The translations under genes and the position numbers were made by a program. The notes below the pieces were generated by a model that worked only from the letters and a program-made list of their open reading frames with translations, was not told the origin of the DNA and made no database searches. Shown piece by piece: positions 1 to 9,345 of a stretch of 64,000 bases of DNA. Origin of the DNA: Candidatus Omnitrophota bacterium (GTDB lineage: Bacteria; Omnitrophota; Gorgyraeia; Gygaellales; Profunditerraquicolaceae); the NCBI GenBank assembly GCA_016783715.1, contig JADHWA010000001.1, positions 118-64,117 on the forward strand, written 5' to 3'. Position 1 is the stretch's first letter. Each line of letters opens with the position of its first letter.

Positions 1-40
1 CATCTTGACTTAGTAATAACACTCGTCTAAAAAGTTAAAG

Positions 41-496
41 CTATTCTTGGTCATCCTGACTATCTACAAGTTGAAAATCAACCACCTGCAAAGTATTAAG
101 TTCCCTATCGCAAATATGCGTCTCCACTATTTCGTTATCAAAAACATTTTTGGATATATGAGCGGCAAACAGGCCAGCGGCTCTTAAAAATTCCTCATCC
201 TCGCCCTGATCATCCCTTACTACCATGCGGAATTGATAAACATTACCTTCTTTTGCTAACTGCACGGTGGCGGGATTCTCTCCTTGGAAAAAACCAGTCT
301 CTAATAAGTATTCTCCAAGTTTCTGGGCTTTCTCTTTTGTAACATCAGGAGTATAAAAAAGCTCGCTATCGTTATACTCTAATTTCCCACCCTGTTTGGG
401 GGGAGATTTCTGCGTACATCCGCTAATAAACAGTGCAAAAAATATGAACACAAGAAGAACCACAGATCTAGTTCTATACCGCTTAAAATAACGCAT
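41..496 (-). CDS. Hypothetical lipoprotein
   Basis: 151 aa ORF; basic N-terminus, hydrophobic stretch and lipobox-like ISGC; SD-like AGGAG upstream. Confidence 0.65.
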   Translation of the reverse strand: MRYFKRYRTRSVVLLVFIFFALFISGCTQKSPPKQGGKLEYNDSELFYTPDVTKEKAQKLGEYLLETGFFQGENPATVQLAKEGNVYQFRMVVRDDQGEDEEFLRAAGLFAAHISKNVFDNEIVETHICDRELNTLQVVDFQLVDSQDDQE

Positions 497-515
497 CGCT
501 ATCTCCTCTTATGAT

Positions 516-1139
516 TTAGAGAACAATCCTCTTAGTTACTCTAATAAAATTCTTCAGCTTCTGCGGGTCCTTCTTCCCCGGCCTGCTCTCCACTGAGCTT
601 GAGAGATCAACCCAGTCAGGCCTGACCTGTCTAATCGCTCTGGCAACATTCCTTTGATTCAGGCCGCCGGAGAGGATAATCTTTGCTTTTGCATCTTTTA
701 GTTCTGCGAGCAGGCTCCAGTTGAAACTTGTTCCTGTCCCGCCCGGCTTTGACCTCTTAAAGGTATCAAAGAGGTAAGCATAAGTCTTGAATTTGAGGAT
801 TTTGCGCAGGGGAATTTTATCTTTGATGCGAAAGGCCTTGATTACCCGGTAATTTTTGAATCTCCGGCAGAATTCAGGCGATTCACTGCCGTGAAGCTGC
901 AACATATCAAGAGAGCAGAATTCCGCTGTCTGGTAAATCAAATCCCAGCCGGCATTTACGAATACACCGACCTTAACTATCCTTTTGGGAAGCTTCTTGA
1001 TGATCTGTTTTGCTCTAAAAGGAAAGATGTGCCGGGGGCTATCTTGGTAAAAAACAAAACCCAAGGCATCCGCCCCTGCCCTGACTGCGGCTTGGGCGTC
1101 TTCCAGATTGGTTATCCCGCAAATTTTAACTTTTACCAT
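516..1139 (-). CDS. trpF: Phosphoribosylanthranilate isomerase
   Basis: VKICGITN, QLHG, GGTG, LSGGL, VDLSSSVE motifs; trp cluster. Confidence 0.97.
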   Translation of the reverse strand: MVKVKICGITNLEDAQAAVRAGADALGFVFYQDSPRHIFPFRAKQIIKKLPKRIVKVGVFVNAGWDLIYQTAEFCSLDMLQLHGSESPEFCRRFKNYRVIKAFRIKDKIPLRKILKFKTYAYLFDTFKRSKPGGTGTSFNWSLLAELKDAKAKIILSGGLNQRNVARAIRQVRPDWVDLSSSVESRPGKKDPQKLKNFIRVTKRIVL

Positions 1140-1143
1140 TAAG

Positions 1144-1290
1144 TTAATAGGGCGTCACAAAAGTGCCGCCCTTGATTACGGTGATTAAAAATACAGATTG
1201 CAGAGATTATTTATCGACGAAACAATCTCTGTAATCTTATTAAAATCTCTGTAATCATAGGCTGGCACGAGTTTCGTGACAGCCTATTAA
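1144..1290. repeat. 147 bp imperfect palindromic MITE/REPIN-like element with two terminal hairpins and a GATTAC core
   Basis: Ends TTAATAGGGCGTCACAAAA and (reverse complement) TTAATAGGCTGTCACGAAA match at 16/19; internal GATTAC...GTAATC repeats at 1174-1256. Confidence 0.8.
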
Positions 1291-1311
1291 GTTAATCTAT
1301 AGAAGCTCTAA

Positions 1312-2103
1312 CTACCAACCCATCATATTTTCGACAGCTGCCTTTAGATCCGGCTCTTTCATAAAGGCTGTGCCGATCAGGCAGGCCTGGATACCCAGAA
1401 TCTTTAAGAACATTACATCCTGCTTGCTTTTTATGCCACTCTCTACAACTACGGTCTTATCCTTGGGTATCAAAAGATAAAGCCTTTCGGTGGTTTTGGA
1501 GTCAACCTCCAGTGTATGCAGGTTGCGGTTATTTATCCCAATCAGGTTAACTGCTTTTAACTTCAAGACTTTTTTCAGTTCCCTCTCATCATGCACCTCA
1601 ACCAATGCAGAGATCCCCAACTCCTGGGCAATCTGCGTGAAACTGGCAATCTGCTCCTGGGTCAGGAGATCGGCGATAAGAAGAAGGGCATCTGCGCCGT
1701 AGTAACGAGATTCATAGATCTGGTATTCATCAATGATAAAATCCTTGCGCAAGATCGGCACCTGGGTTAACTCCTTGACCTCTTTTAGATAATTGATATC
1801 CCCCTGGAAATAATCTTCTTCAGTCAAGACTGATATCGCCTGCACCTCTGTCTCCTGATAGGCTTTGGCGATCTCCAGATGGTTGAAATCCTGGCGGATC
1901 ACTCCTTGCGAAGGCGAGGCCTTCTTGATCTCTGCGATCAGCGAGATCTGGCGCGGCTTGTTTATTGCTTTTAAGAAGTCCCGCGTCGGCGCAAGCTCCG
2001 GAATTGCACTTTTAATCTGCTCCAGAGGCAGGGCTTCAATACACAGAGCGAGTCTTTCTTTCTTCTTAGCAATAATCTCTTTTAAGACATCTTTCTTGGC
2101 CAT
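1312..2103 (-). CDS. trpC: Indole-3-glycerol phosphate synthase
   Basis: IAEIKKASPS, ISVLTE, LRKDFI, GINNRNL, VESGI motifs. Confidence 0.97.
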   Translation of the reverse strand: MAKKDVLKEIIAKKKERLALCIEALPLEQIKSAIPELAPTRDFLKAINKPRQISLIAEIKKASPSQGVIRQDFNHLEIAKAYQETEVQAISVLTEEDYFQGDINYLKEVKELTQVPILRKDFIIDEYQIYESRYYGADALLLIADLLTQEQIASFTQIAQELGISALVEVHDERELKKVLKLKAVNLIGINNRNLHTLEVDSKTTERLYLLIPKDKTVVVESGIKSKQDVMFLKILGIQACLIGTAFMKEPDLKAAVENMMGW

Positions 2104-2104
2104 T

Positions 2105-3112
2105 CTAAGTATTTGAATACTCCTTTAACAGGTTTAATTTATTTAATGCCTTTTTGGAATCGATTGAGTCCCTGGCGATGCCAATGCCTTCTTTGATCGA
2201 CCCTGCCTGATCAGCCGCATAGAGCCCAGCTGCGGCATTCAGCAACACTATATCTCTGACCGGCCCGCTTTTACCCTCTAATAGATCCAGAAGTATTTTA
2301 GCGTTCAATGATGCATCCCCTCCTGCTAAATCGCTGATTTTGGCTTTTTTGATACCGAAATCCTCCGGCGCGATCTCATAGTCAGTGATCTTTCCGTTAT
2401 TCTCTTCAGAGACCTCTGTTGAATCGGTGGTAGTTATCTCATCCAACCCATCCTTACCAGCCACCACTAAGGCATGCCTGGTCCCAAGTTTCGCCAATAC
2501 CTCGGCAAAACTTCTCGTCCATTCCTTACCGAAGACTCCAATCAGCTGGTGAGTGGCTCCGGCGGGATTGCTTAAAGGGCCGATCAGGTTGAATATCGTA
2601 CGCCTGGCTATCTGTTTTCTTGCCGGCATCGCGTATTTCATAGCCGGGTGCAGGCTCTGGGCAAAGAGAAATGCAATCCCTATTTTGTCCAGACACTCTT
2701 GTATCTTATCCGGAGTCATCTTGATATTTATACCTAAAGCCTCTAATATATCGGCGCTCCCGCATTTACTGGATACACTGCGGTTACCGTGCTTTGCCAC
2801 TGCTACCCCACTGCCACCAACTACAAAGGCCACTGCCGTAGAAATATTAAAGGTCCCCTTTTTGTCTCCGCCGGTCCCGCAGGTATCCAGGAGAACTTTT
2901 TGTTTTGTCTTGATCCTGGTGGCGTGCCTGCGCATTACCTTAACCGCGGCGAGCAGCTCATCCGGCGTCTCGCCTCTATTGCTCAACTGGGTTAAGAAAG
3001 AGACTACATCGGCAACTTCGGATTCTCCGCCCATTATCTCCTCCATCACCTGCTCGGTCTCTAGAGTAGATAAATCACGAGCCCTTAAGATCTTTACTGC
3101 TTCTTTAATCAT
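2105..3112 (-). CDS. trpD: Anthranilate phosphoribosyltransferase
   Basis: DTCGTGGD, FNIST, KHGNRSVSSKCGSAD, GLDE motifs. Confidence 0.97.
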   Translation of the reverse strand: MIKEAVKILRARDLSTLETEQVMEEIMGGESEVADVVSFLTQLSNRGETPDELLAAVKVMRRHATRIKTKQKVLLDTCGTGGDKKGTFNISTAVAFVVGGSGVAVAKHGNRSVSSKCGSADILEALGINIKMTPDKIQECLDKIGIAFLFAQSLHPAMKYAMPARKQIARRTIFNLIGPLSNPAGATHQLIGVFGKEWTRSFAEVLAKLGTRHALVVAGKDGLDEITTTDSTEVSEENNGKITDYEIAPEDFGIKKAKISDLAGGDASLNAKILLDLLEGKSGPVRDIVLLNAAAGLYAADQAGSIKEGIGIARDSIDSKKALNKLNLLKEYSNT

Positions 3113-3672
3113 AACTTTAGGAAATTCCCCAACAATTTCTTCCCCTGCTGGGTAAGAATGGATTCGGGGTGAAACTGCACCCCCCAGAGAGGAAACCTCT
3201 TGTGCTTTATCCCCATAATCTCCTCACTCTTGGTCCAGGCAATAATATCGAAGCACTTCGGCAGGGCCGTCTTTGCAACAATCAGTGAATGGTAACGGGT
3301 AGCCTCAAAGGGACTGCTTATTCCTTTGAAGATATCCTTCTTGTTGTGATAGATAAGAGAGGTCTTCCCGTGCATCAATCTACGCGCTCCGACAATCTTA
3401 GCCCCAAAAACGTACCCCACTGCCTGGTGGCCAAGACATACTCCAAGGATCGGGACTTTCGAAGCAAACTCCTTTATCACCCTGCATGATATGCCTGAGC
3501 CTTCCGGGCGGCCCGGCCCGGGCGAGATCACTATTTTTTTTGGAGAGAGTTTCTTAATCTTTTCTATAGTTATCTTATCATTACGAAATACCTTTATCCT
3601 GACACCCAGCTCCCCTAAATATTGCACGAGATTGTAGGTAAAAGAGTCGTAATTATCAATCATTAAAATCAT
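3109..3672 (-). CDS. trpG: Anthranilate/aminodeoxychorismate synthase glutamine amidotransferase component
   Basis: IDNYDSFTYNL, ISPGPG, GVCLGHQ, QFHPES; overlaps trpD start. Confidence 0.95.
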   Translation of the reverse strand: MILMIDNYDSFTYNLVQYLGELGVRIKVFRNDKITIEKIKKLSPKKIVISPGPGRPEGSGISCRVIKEFASKVPILGVCLGHQAVGYVFGAKIVGARRLMHGKTSLIYHNKKDIFKGISSPFEATRYHSLIVAKTALPKCFDIIAWTKSEEIMGIKHKRFPLWGVQFHPESILTQQGKKLLGNFLKL

Positions 3673-3677
3673 AGGCC

Positions 3678-4940
3678 TTACTCTTTATCTTTTTTGATAC
3701 GAGCCCCTAATTCCTCTAACTTCTTCTCCATATTCTCGTACCCGCGCTCAAGATGGTAGATCCTGGTTACTGTGGTTTTCCCTTTAGCTATCAGTCCTGC
3801 TAAAACCAAAGATGCCGAGGCCCGCAGGTCAGATGCCATTACTACCGCTCCGGATAAATCTTTATTGCCAGAGATTATCGCATGCGGCCCTTCCCGCTGG
3901 ATATTTGCTCCCATGCGGTTTAACTCAGCGACATGCATAAATCTATCGGGGTAGATCTTTTCGGTTACAACGCTGATACCGGGAGTCACGCTCATCAGGC
4001 TCGTAAACTGCGCCTGCATGTCAGTGGGGAATCCCGGAAAAGGAAGTGTGGTAATGTTAACCGGTTTTATCTGACGACGGCAAGATACTCGAAGCGAAGA
4101 ATCCATTCTCCTAACTTGTACCCCTGCCTCCTGGACCTTATCAATCAAAGCCCCCAGATGCTGACTCAAGACATTCTTTATTGTAATATCCCCCCTGGTA
4201 ATTAAAGAGGCCAGGATAAATGTTCCGGCCTCGATCCTGTCCGGGATAATCCTGTGCTCGGCCCCATGCAAGTGCTTTACCCCCTCTATTTCGATAACCG
4301 GGGTACCGTGCCCTGAGATTTCAGCACCCATCTTAATCAGAAATTCCGCCAGATCCGCTACTTCAGGCTCACAGGCAGCGGATTCGATTGTGGTCTTCCC
4401 CCGGGCTAAAACCGCAGCCATCATTACATTGTCGGTCGCCAGCACCGAAGAGCCAAATACGCCGCCTAGATAAATCAGATTACCTTTAAGTGAATCTGCA
4501 GAGGCCGATATATATCCGGCATCAATATCTATATCAGCTCCCAGAGCCTTTAGGCCTTTGATGTGCAGGTCCACCGGCCTGATCCCAATTACGCATCCTC
4601 CGGGATATGAGACCTTTGCTTTCTTGAGTTTGGCCAAAAGCGGGCCCAATACGCAAAAAGAGGCCCGCATCTTAGATACCAATTCGTAATCTGCGATATG
4701 GCTTTTTCTCCTGCCGGATGTAACCGTAGCTATCCCCCTGTCAAACTCCACATTTTTACCAAGGGTCCGCAGGATCTTAAACATTGTCTCGGTATCGCGT
4801 AACTCCGGAATCCCTTTAATTATACAGGCATCATCAGTCATTAAGGTCGCCGCAAGTATCGGCAATGCCGAATTCTTCGCTCCCGATATCGAAACCTCTC
4901 CCTTAAGAGCTACCCCGCCTTCTATCACTAACTTATCCAT
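3678..4940 (-). CDS. murA: UDP-N-acetylglucosamine 1-carboxyvinyltransferase
   Basis: [35 protein letters not shown]; start moved to ATG 4940 because the longer ORF start lies in a repeat. Confidence 0.96.
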   Translation of the reverse strand: MDKLVIEGGVALKGEVSISGAKNSALPILAATLMTDDACIIKGIPELRDTETMFKILRTLGKNVEFDRGIATVTSGRRKSHIADYELVSKMRASFCVLGPLLAKLKKAKVSYPGGCVIGIRPVDLHIKGLKALGADIDIDAGYISASADSLKGNLIYLGGVFGSSVLATDNVMMAAVLARGKTTIESAACEPEVADLAEFLIKMGAEISGHGTPVIEIEGVKHLHGAEHRIIPDRIEAGTFILASLITRGDITIKNVLSQHLGALIDKVQEAGVQVRRMDSSLRVSCRRQIKPVNITTLPFPGFPTDMQAQFTSLMSVTPGISVVTEKIYPDRFMHVAELNRMGANIQREGPHAIISGNKDLSGAVVMASDLRASASLVLAGLIAKGKTTVTRIYHLERGYENMEKKLEELGARIKKDKE

Positions 4941-4944
4941 ATTT

Positions 4945-5125
4945 AATGAGCGCATAACTTAGCGAAGCTAAGTTATAGCGTCCGTTATTTTACTTGTATA
5001 TAAGCGTGCGCGAATTAACCCAGCACTTATTTGGCATGTGCTTAGCATTCAACAAATAAGTGCTGGGCAAATTCCCCCGCACCCAAACAAGTAGTAGTAT
5101 ACACTTGACTGGGTGCGGGGTCATT
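4945..5125. repeat. Three-armed palindromic cassette (ATGA-hairpin-GAAT / central hairpin / ATTC-hairpin-TCAT)
   Basis: Arm 4950-5011; perfect 15 bp stem 5019-5033/5053-5067; stem 5075-5085/5110-5120; same layout as 48537-48720. Confidence 0.85.
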
Positions 5126-5921
5126 TGACCTTTTGCGCTATAATGATTCTCTCTATATTATTATAATCTCTAATTATCCTATAAACAGAAAAATCTTTCC
5201 TCTTTTTTAAAATACTCTCTACGGGCCTCCTCTGATTCAACCCGATCTCCAGGGCCAGAAACCCACCTGGCTGGAGATGTTTTAAGGAGCCAGCGATTAT
5301 CCTGCGATAAAAGTCTAATCCATCCCTGCCGCCATCTAAGCCAATACGCGGTTCATAACCAATCTCAGACGCCAAATTATCGATCTCTCCAGAGACAATA
5401 TAAGGCGGATTACTGACAATAATGTCGCATGTCGCATGTCGCATGTCGCATGTCGCAAACAAATCAGATTGGATAAACTCTATCCTTTTATCTACATAGT
5501 GCAAAGAGGCGTTATTTTTGGCTACTTCAAGCGCTTTCTCTGAAATATCAGTAGCGGTTATTGCTACCTGTGGTAATAATTTAGCCAGCGATACCGCAAT
5601 ACATCCCGAACCGGTACCTATCTCTAAGATCCTCCTACGATTAGCGATATGCGATAAGCGATTAGCTAACTTTATTATTGCTTCTACTAAAAGTTCTGTT
5701 TCCGGACGCGGGATAACCACTCCGGGATTTACCTTAAATTCAAAGCCCATAAATTCCTGTTTACCTAATATATACTGCAGGGGCTCACCTTTGGCTCTTC
5801 GTTTTAGAACAGAAGAGATCAAGCGCAATTGACTCTTATTAGGGGCCGGAGGTCTGCGGCTATAGAGGTCAATGCGATTGCACTTTAGAACATCGGTAAA
5901 TAATAATTCAGCTTCGTTCAC
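5121..5921 (-). CDS. prmC: Release factor glutamine methyltransferase
   Basis: EPLQYILG, IPRPETE, IGTGSGCI, SNPPY; GTG start at 5921 with AGGAGG 9 nt upstream; follows prfA. Confidence 0.95.
   Translation of the reverse strand: MNEAELLFTDVLKCNRIDLYSRRPPAPNKSQLRLISSVLKRRAKGEPLQYILGKQEFMGFEFKVNPGVVIPRPETELLVEAIIKLANRLSHIANRRRILEIGTGSGCIAVSLAKLLPQVAITATDISEKALEVAKNNASLHYVDKRIEFIQSDLFATCDMRHATCDIIVSNPPYIVSGEIDNLASEIGYEPRIGLDGGRDGLDFYRRIIAGSLKHLQPGGFLALEIGLNQRRPVESILKKRKDFSVYRIIRDYNNIERIIIAQKVK
5422..5456. repeat. Perfect (ATGTCGC)x5 heptamer tract inside prmC
   Basis: Five exact copies read directly from the sequence. Confidence 0.95.
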
Positions 5922-5930
5922 CCAGCCTTT

Positions 5931-6043
5931 CCTCCTACTTGTACCCAACCCTTTGGAAAGGCTGGGTCCTCCTACTTGTACCCAACCCTTTAGAAGGGCT
6001 GGGTCCTCCTATTTGTTTCCCAGTCCTTTATGAAGGGCTGGGT
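5931..6043. repeat. Three tandem 37-39 bp hairpin-containing units spanning the prfA end and prfA-prmC gap
   Basis: Units 5931-5967, 5968-6004, 6005-6043, consensus near CCTCCTACTTGTACCCAACCCTT-nnn-AAGGGCTGGGT. Confidence 0.9.
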
Positions 6044-7085
6044 CCTCTGCTGCCTTGATCAGAGCCAGAGAGACCTCATCAAGATCACCATCAAGCACTG
6101 CTTCTAATCGATGTATGGTAAAATTAATCCGATGGTCAGTAACCCGGCGGTCCGGAAAATTATAGGTACGGATCTTCTCGCTGCGATCCCCGGTACCGAT
6201 CTGTGAACGCCTCTCCTGGGAGACCTTCTTAGATTCCTCATGTTGTTTGGCATCCAGTAGGCGGGCGCGCAGTATACGCATTGCCCTAACTTTGTTTTTT
6301 CCCTGAGAACGCTCATCCTGACAGGCTACTACCGTACCGGTGGGGATATAGGTAATTCTCACTGCCGAATCAGTCTTTTGCATATGTTGGCCGCCGGGGC
6401 CGCTGGAGCGGTAAGTATCGATCCTCAGATCTTTGGCATCGATCTTTAAGTCTACTTCCTTAGGCTCAACCAGCACCGCTACCGTGGCCGTAGAGGTATG
6501 TATCCTCCCCTGCGCTTCGGTAACCGGAACACGCTGCACCCGGTGGACACCGCTTTCAAATTTAAGCCTCTTATAGGCATTCGGCCCTTTTACGCTAAAA
6601 GATACGTCTTTAAATCCCCCTGACTCATTGGTACTAGCTGACATCAACTCGACCTTCCACCCTTTATTGGCGGCATATTTTGTATACATCCGGTAAAGAT
6701 CAGCGGCAAATAGACCAGCCTCGTTTCCTCCGGTCCCCTGCCTGATCTCAACGATCAGATCCCTGCCCAAATCCTTGTCTTCTCCGGAAAGCATCTTCTT
6801 CAGGCGCTGCTGGAGGTCAACCCTCTTATTATTTAATTCCTCCGTCTCCTTTCGGGCCAGCTCCAGAAATTCTTCATCATGCTTCTCCTCTAAAACCTTT
6901 GCCAGATCGAGGATCTCGGCCGACACCCGCTGATACTCTAGAAACAACGCTACCGGCCCCCTAAGAGAAGCCATCTCCTTTGCGTATTTATTACACTCCT
7001 CCCTGTTTGAAATCACCTCAGGAGAAACTAAGAGCGCTTCCAGTTCCTGATATCTTTTTTTCATTGTTTCCAGCTGCTCGAACAT
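6009..7085 (-). CDS. prfA: Peptide chain release factor 1
   Basis: PVT anticodon-like motif (VQRVPVTE), GGQ motif, [12 protein letters not shown]; likely start ATG 7085. Confidence 0.97.
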   Translation of the reverse strand: MFEQLETMKKRYQELEALLVSPEVISNREECNKYAKEMASLRGPVALFLEYQRVSAEILDLAKVLEEKHDEEFLELARKETEELNNKRVDLQQRLKKMLSGEDKDLGRDLIVEIRQGTGGNEAGLFAADLYRMYTKYAANKGWKVELMSASTNESGGFKDVSFSVKGPNAYKRLKFESGVHRVQRVPVTEAQGRIHTSTATVAVLVEPKEVDLKIDAKDLRIDTYRSSGPGGQHMQKTDSAVRITYIPTGTVVACQDERSQGKNKVRAMRILRARLLDAKQHEESKKVSQERRSQIGTGDRSEKIRTYNFPDRRVTDHRINFTIHRLEAVLDGDLDEVSLALIKAAEDPALHKGLGNK

Positions 7086-7133
7086 AATAGTAAAACTCCC
7101 TGGCACCTACCTACTATCTACTAACTACTGATT

Positions 7134-7343
7134 TTAGTCTTTCTTTTTCTTCCCATATTTCTTCATATATTTATCTACCCGGCCTGCTGAATCAACGAAT
7201 TTCTGCTTACCGGTAAAGAAGGGGTGGCAGTTGGAGCAGACCTCCACTCTGATGTTCGGTTTTGTCGAGCGGGTATGTATGGTATTCCCGCAGGCACAGA
7301 CCACTACGCTATCCTGGTATTTTGGGTGAATCTTATCTTTCAT
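7134..7343 (-). CDS. rpmE: 50S ribosomal protein L31 (zinc-binding type)
   Basis: [19 protein letters not shown]; AGGAGG SD. Confidence 0.97.
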   Translation of the reverse strand: MKDKIHPKYQDSVVVCACGNTIHTRSTKPNIRVEVCSNCHPFFTGKQKFVDSAGRVDKYMKKYGKKKKD

Positions 7344-7355
7344 TTTAACCTCCTA

Positions 7356-7475
7356 AATGAGTCCCGCAAATGTGGGACGAATTTTTGAGCACAACGCTCG
7401 TTTCTGTTTAGCGAAATCCCGCAAGCGCGGGGATCCCGCGTCCGCCGTTGCTCAGATATCTCGGACGGGGGATCT
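7356..7475. repeat. ATGA-hairpin-GAAT cassette plus ATCCC...GGGAT module
   Basis: ATGA GTCCCGC AAAT GTGGGAC GAAT at 7357-7382; TGAGC...GCGAA; ATCCC...GGGAT at 7416-7473. Confidence 0.75.
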
Positions 7476-7486
7476 TTCTTCTTTTT

Positions 7487-8743
7487 TTACTGGTTCATAC
7501 TGTTTAAAAACTCTTCATTATTCTTTGTTTTACTCAGCTTGTCGATCAAAAGCTCCATTGCCTCGACATTATTTAATTCATTAAGCACCTTTCTTAAGAT
7601 CCAGGCCTTCTGCAGGATATCAGGCTTAAGCAGCAGCTCCTCATGACGGGTATTGGAGCGCTTGATATCGATTGCAGGATAGATCCTCCTCTGGAATAAA
7701 TTCCTATCCAGCTGCAATTCCATATTGCCGGTACCTTTGAATTCCTCAAAGATAACCTCATCCATACGGCTGCCGGTGTCCACCAGAGCTGTGGCGATGA
7801 TGGTCAGACTCCCCCCCTCCTCGACTGCGCGCGCAGCACCGAAGAAACGCTTAGGCTTCTGCAGGGCATTGGAATCTATACCTCCGGATAACACCTTACC
7901 GCTATGCGGGATAACCGAGTTGTATGCCCGGGCTAAGCGGGTAATACTATCCAGGAGGATTACTACATCCCGCTTATGCTCAACCAGTCTCTTGGCTTTC
8001 TCTAATACAACCTCGGCAACCTGAACATGCCTCTCCGGCGGCTCATCGAAAGTGGAAGATATGACTTCCCCCTTGACGCTTCGCTGCATATCGGTAACCT
8101 CCTCCGGACGTTCATCGATTAACAGGACTATCAGAATACAATCGGGATTATTATTCACTATAGCGTTGCCGAGCTTCTGCAATAAAACGGTCTTGCCGCT
8201 GTAGGGCTGTGCGACGATCAGTCCGCGCTGCCCCTTCCCGATAGGAGTCAAGAGATCCATGATCCGCATCGAGGTCTCTTTGGGGGTAGTCTCTAAGACA
8301 AAATTTTCCCTCGGGTAGATAGGCGTAAGGTTATCAAAGAGGATCTTATCTTTTGATTCTTCGGGATTCTCGAAATTCACCGCCTGGACCTTAAGCAGGG
8401 CAAAGTACTTCTCTCCCTCTTTCGGAGGACGTATCTCACCGCTTACGGTATCACCGGTCTTAAGGTCGAATTTCCTTATCTGCGAAGGTGATATGTATAT
8501 ATCGTCCGGGCAGGGCAGGTAATTGTAGTTAGGAGAGCGCAGGAAACCAAACCCCTCAGGAAGGATCTCTAAGATCCCCTCTCCGAACATCAGGCCTTCT
8601 TTTTCTGCCTGCCCCTGAAGGATCTTAAAGATCAGCTCCTGTTTTTTCAGTCCGCTTATTCCGTTTACACTGAGCTCTTTGGCGCGTTTATTGAGCTCGG
8701 TTATCTTCATATCTTTTAACTTTTGGATATCTAATTTTTCCAC
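7487..8743 (-). CDS. rho: Transcription termination factor Rho
   Basis: [43 protein letters not shown] motifs. Confidence 0.98.
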   Translation of the reverse strand: MEKLDIQKLKDMKITELNKRAKELSVNGISGLKKQELIFKILQGQAEKEGLMFGEGILEILPEGFGFLRSPNYNYLPCPDDIYISPSQIRKFDLKTGDTVSGEIRPPKEGEKYFALLKVQAVNFENPEESKDKILFDNLTPIYPRENFVLETTPKETSMRIMDLLTPIGKGQRGLIVAQPYSGKTVLLQKLGNAIVNNNPDCILIVLLIDERPEEVTDMQRSVKGEVISSTFDEPPERHVQVAEVVLEKAKRLVEHKRDVVILLDSITRLARAYNSVIPHSGKVLSGGIDSNALQKPKRFFGAARAVEEGGSLTIIATALVDTGSRMDEVIFEEFKGTGNMELQLDRNLFQRRIYPAIDIKRSNTRHEELLLKPDILQKAWILRKVLNELNNVEAMELLIDKLSKTKNNEEFLNSMNQ

Positions 8744-9345
8744 AGTTTCCTCCTGATTTTACCTACTTGAAGTTTCGTCTTTTTTATCGATCCGTTATTA
8801 TCTATTACAAAATCCGCCATGCGGACCTTACAGGATAAAGGGATCTGTCTCTTGGCCCTCTTTAGAATTTGGTAGTGATTAAGCCCAGACCTGCTTTTGG
8901 CTCTCTTGAGCTGCTCGGCTTCCCCTATGTCTACAACAACCAGCCGGTCAACTTCATTATGCAACCCTGCCTCGATTAGAAGCGGGGCATCCAGAATAAT
9001 TTTTGGCTTTTTACAGGCGCGAATCTCTTCTTTAATGCTCTTGATCACCTCAGGATGCACTGCCCTATTAAGCTTATCTATGGTCTTCTTACTTATAAAG
9101 GCTTTCTCTGCAAGTTTGCGCCGGTCTATACTGCCGTCTTTCCTAAGAATGCCCTTACCAAAAGAAGAGATGATTCTCCTATAGCAGGCCTCCCCCGGTT
9201 TAGTCAGCCGGCGGGCGATCCTGTCTGCATCAATCACCAGGACATCCGGTGCCGCCAGCAGCTCTGTGACGGTGGTCTTCCCGCTAGAGAAACCCCCGGT
9301 TACCCCGACGATAGTCTTCTTCTTAGCCCTTTTACACCCTCTCAT
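8731..9345 (-). CDS. coaE: Dephospho-CoA kinase
   Basis: [12 protein letters not shown]-loop, [18 protein letters not shown]; start uncertain. Confidence 0.93.
   Translation of the reverse strand: MRGCKRAKKKTIVGVTGGFSSGKTTVTELLAAPDVLVIDADRIARRLTKPGEACYRRIISSFGKGILRKDGSIDRRKLAEKAFISKKTIDKLNRAVHPEVIKSIKEEIRACKKPKIILDAPLLIEAGLHNEVDRLVVVDIGEAEQLKRAKSRSGLNHYQILKRAKRQIPLSCKVRMADFVIDNNGSIKKTKLQVGKIRRKLWKN

Noticed and set aside
4945-5125. Scaffold AATGAGAAT...ATTCTCATT as a functional Fur box
   Set aside because: It resembles one only after hairpins are removed; the linear site is interrupted, spacing varies, and adjacent genes are mostly not iron-related
5931-6043. 37 bp palindromic repeats as a CRISPR array
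   Set aside because: Units are head to tail without unique spacers, overlap a gene end, and no cas genes are present
7357-7584. Plus-strand ORFs starting at cassette ATGA (also 48538-48798)
   Set aside because: The ATG belongs to the repeat scaffold; the ORFs run antisense into rho or the UshA-like gene
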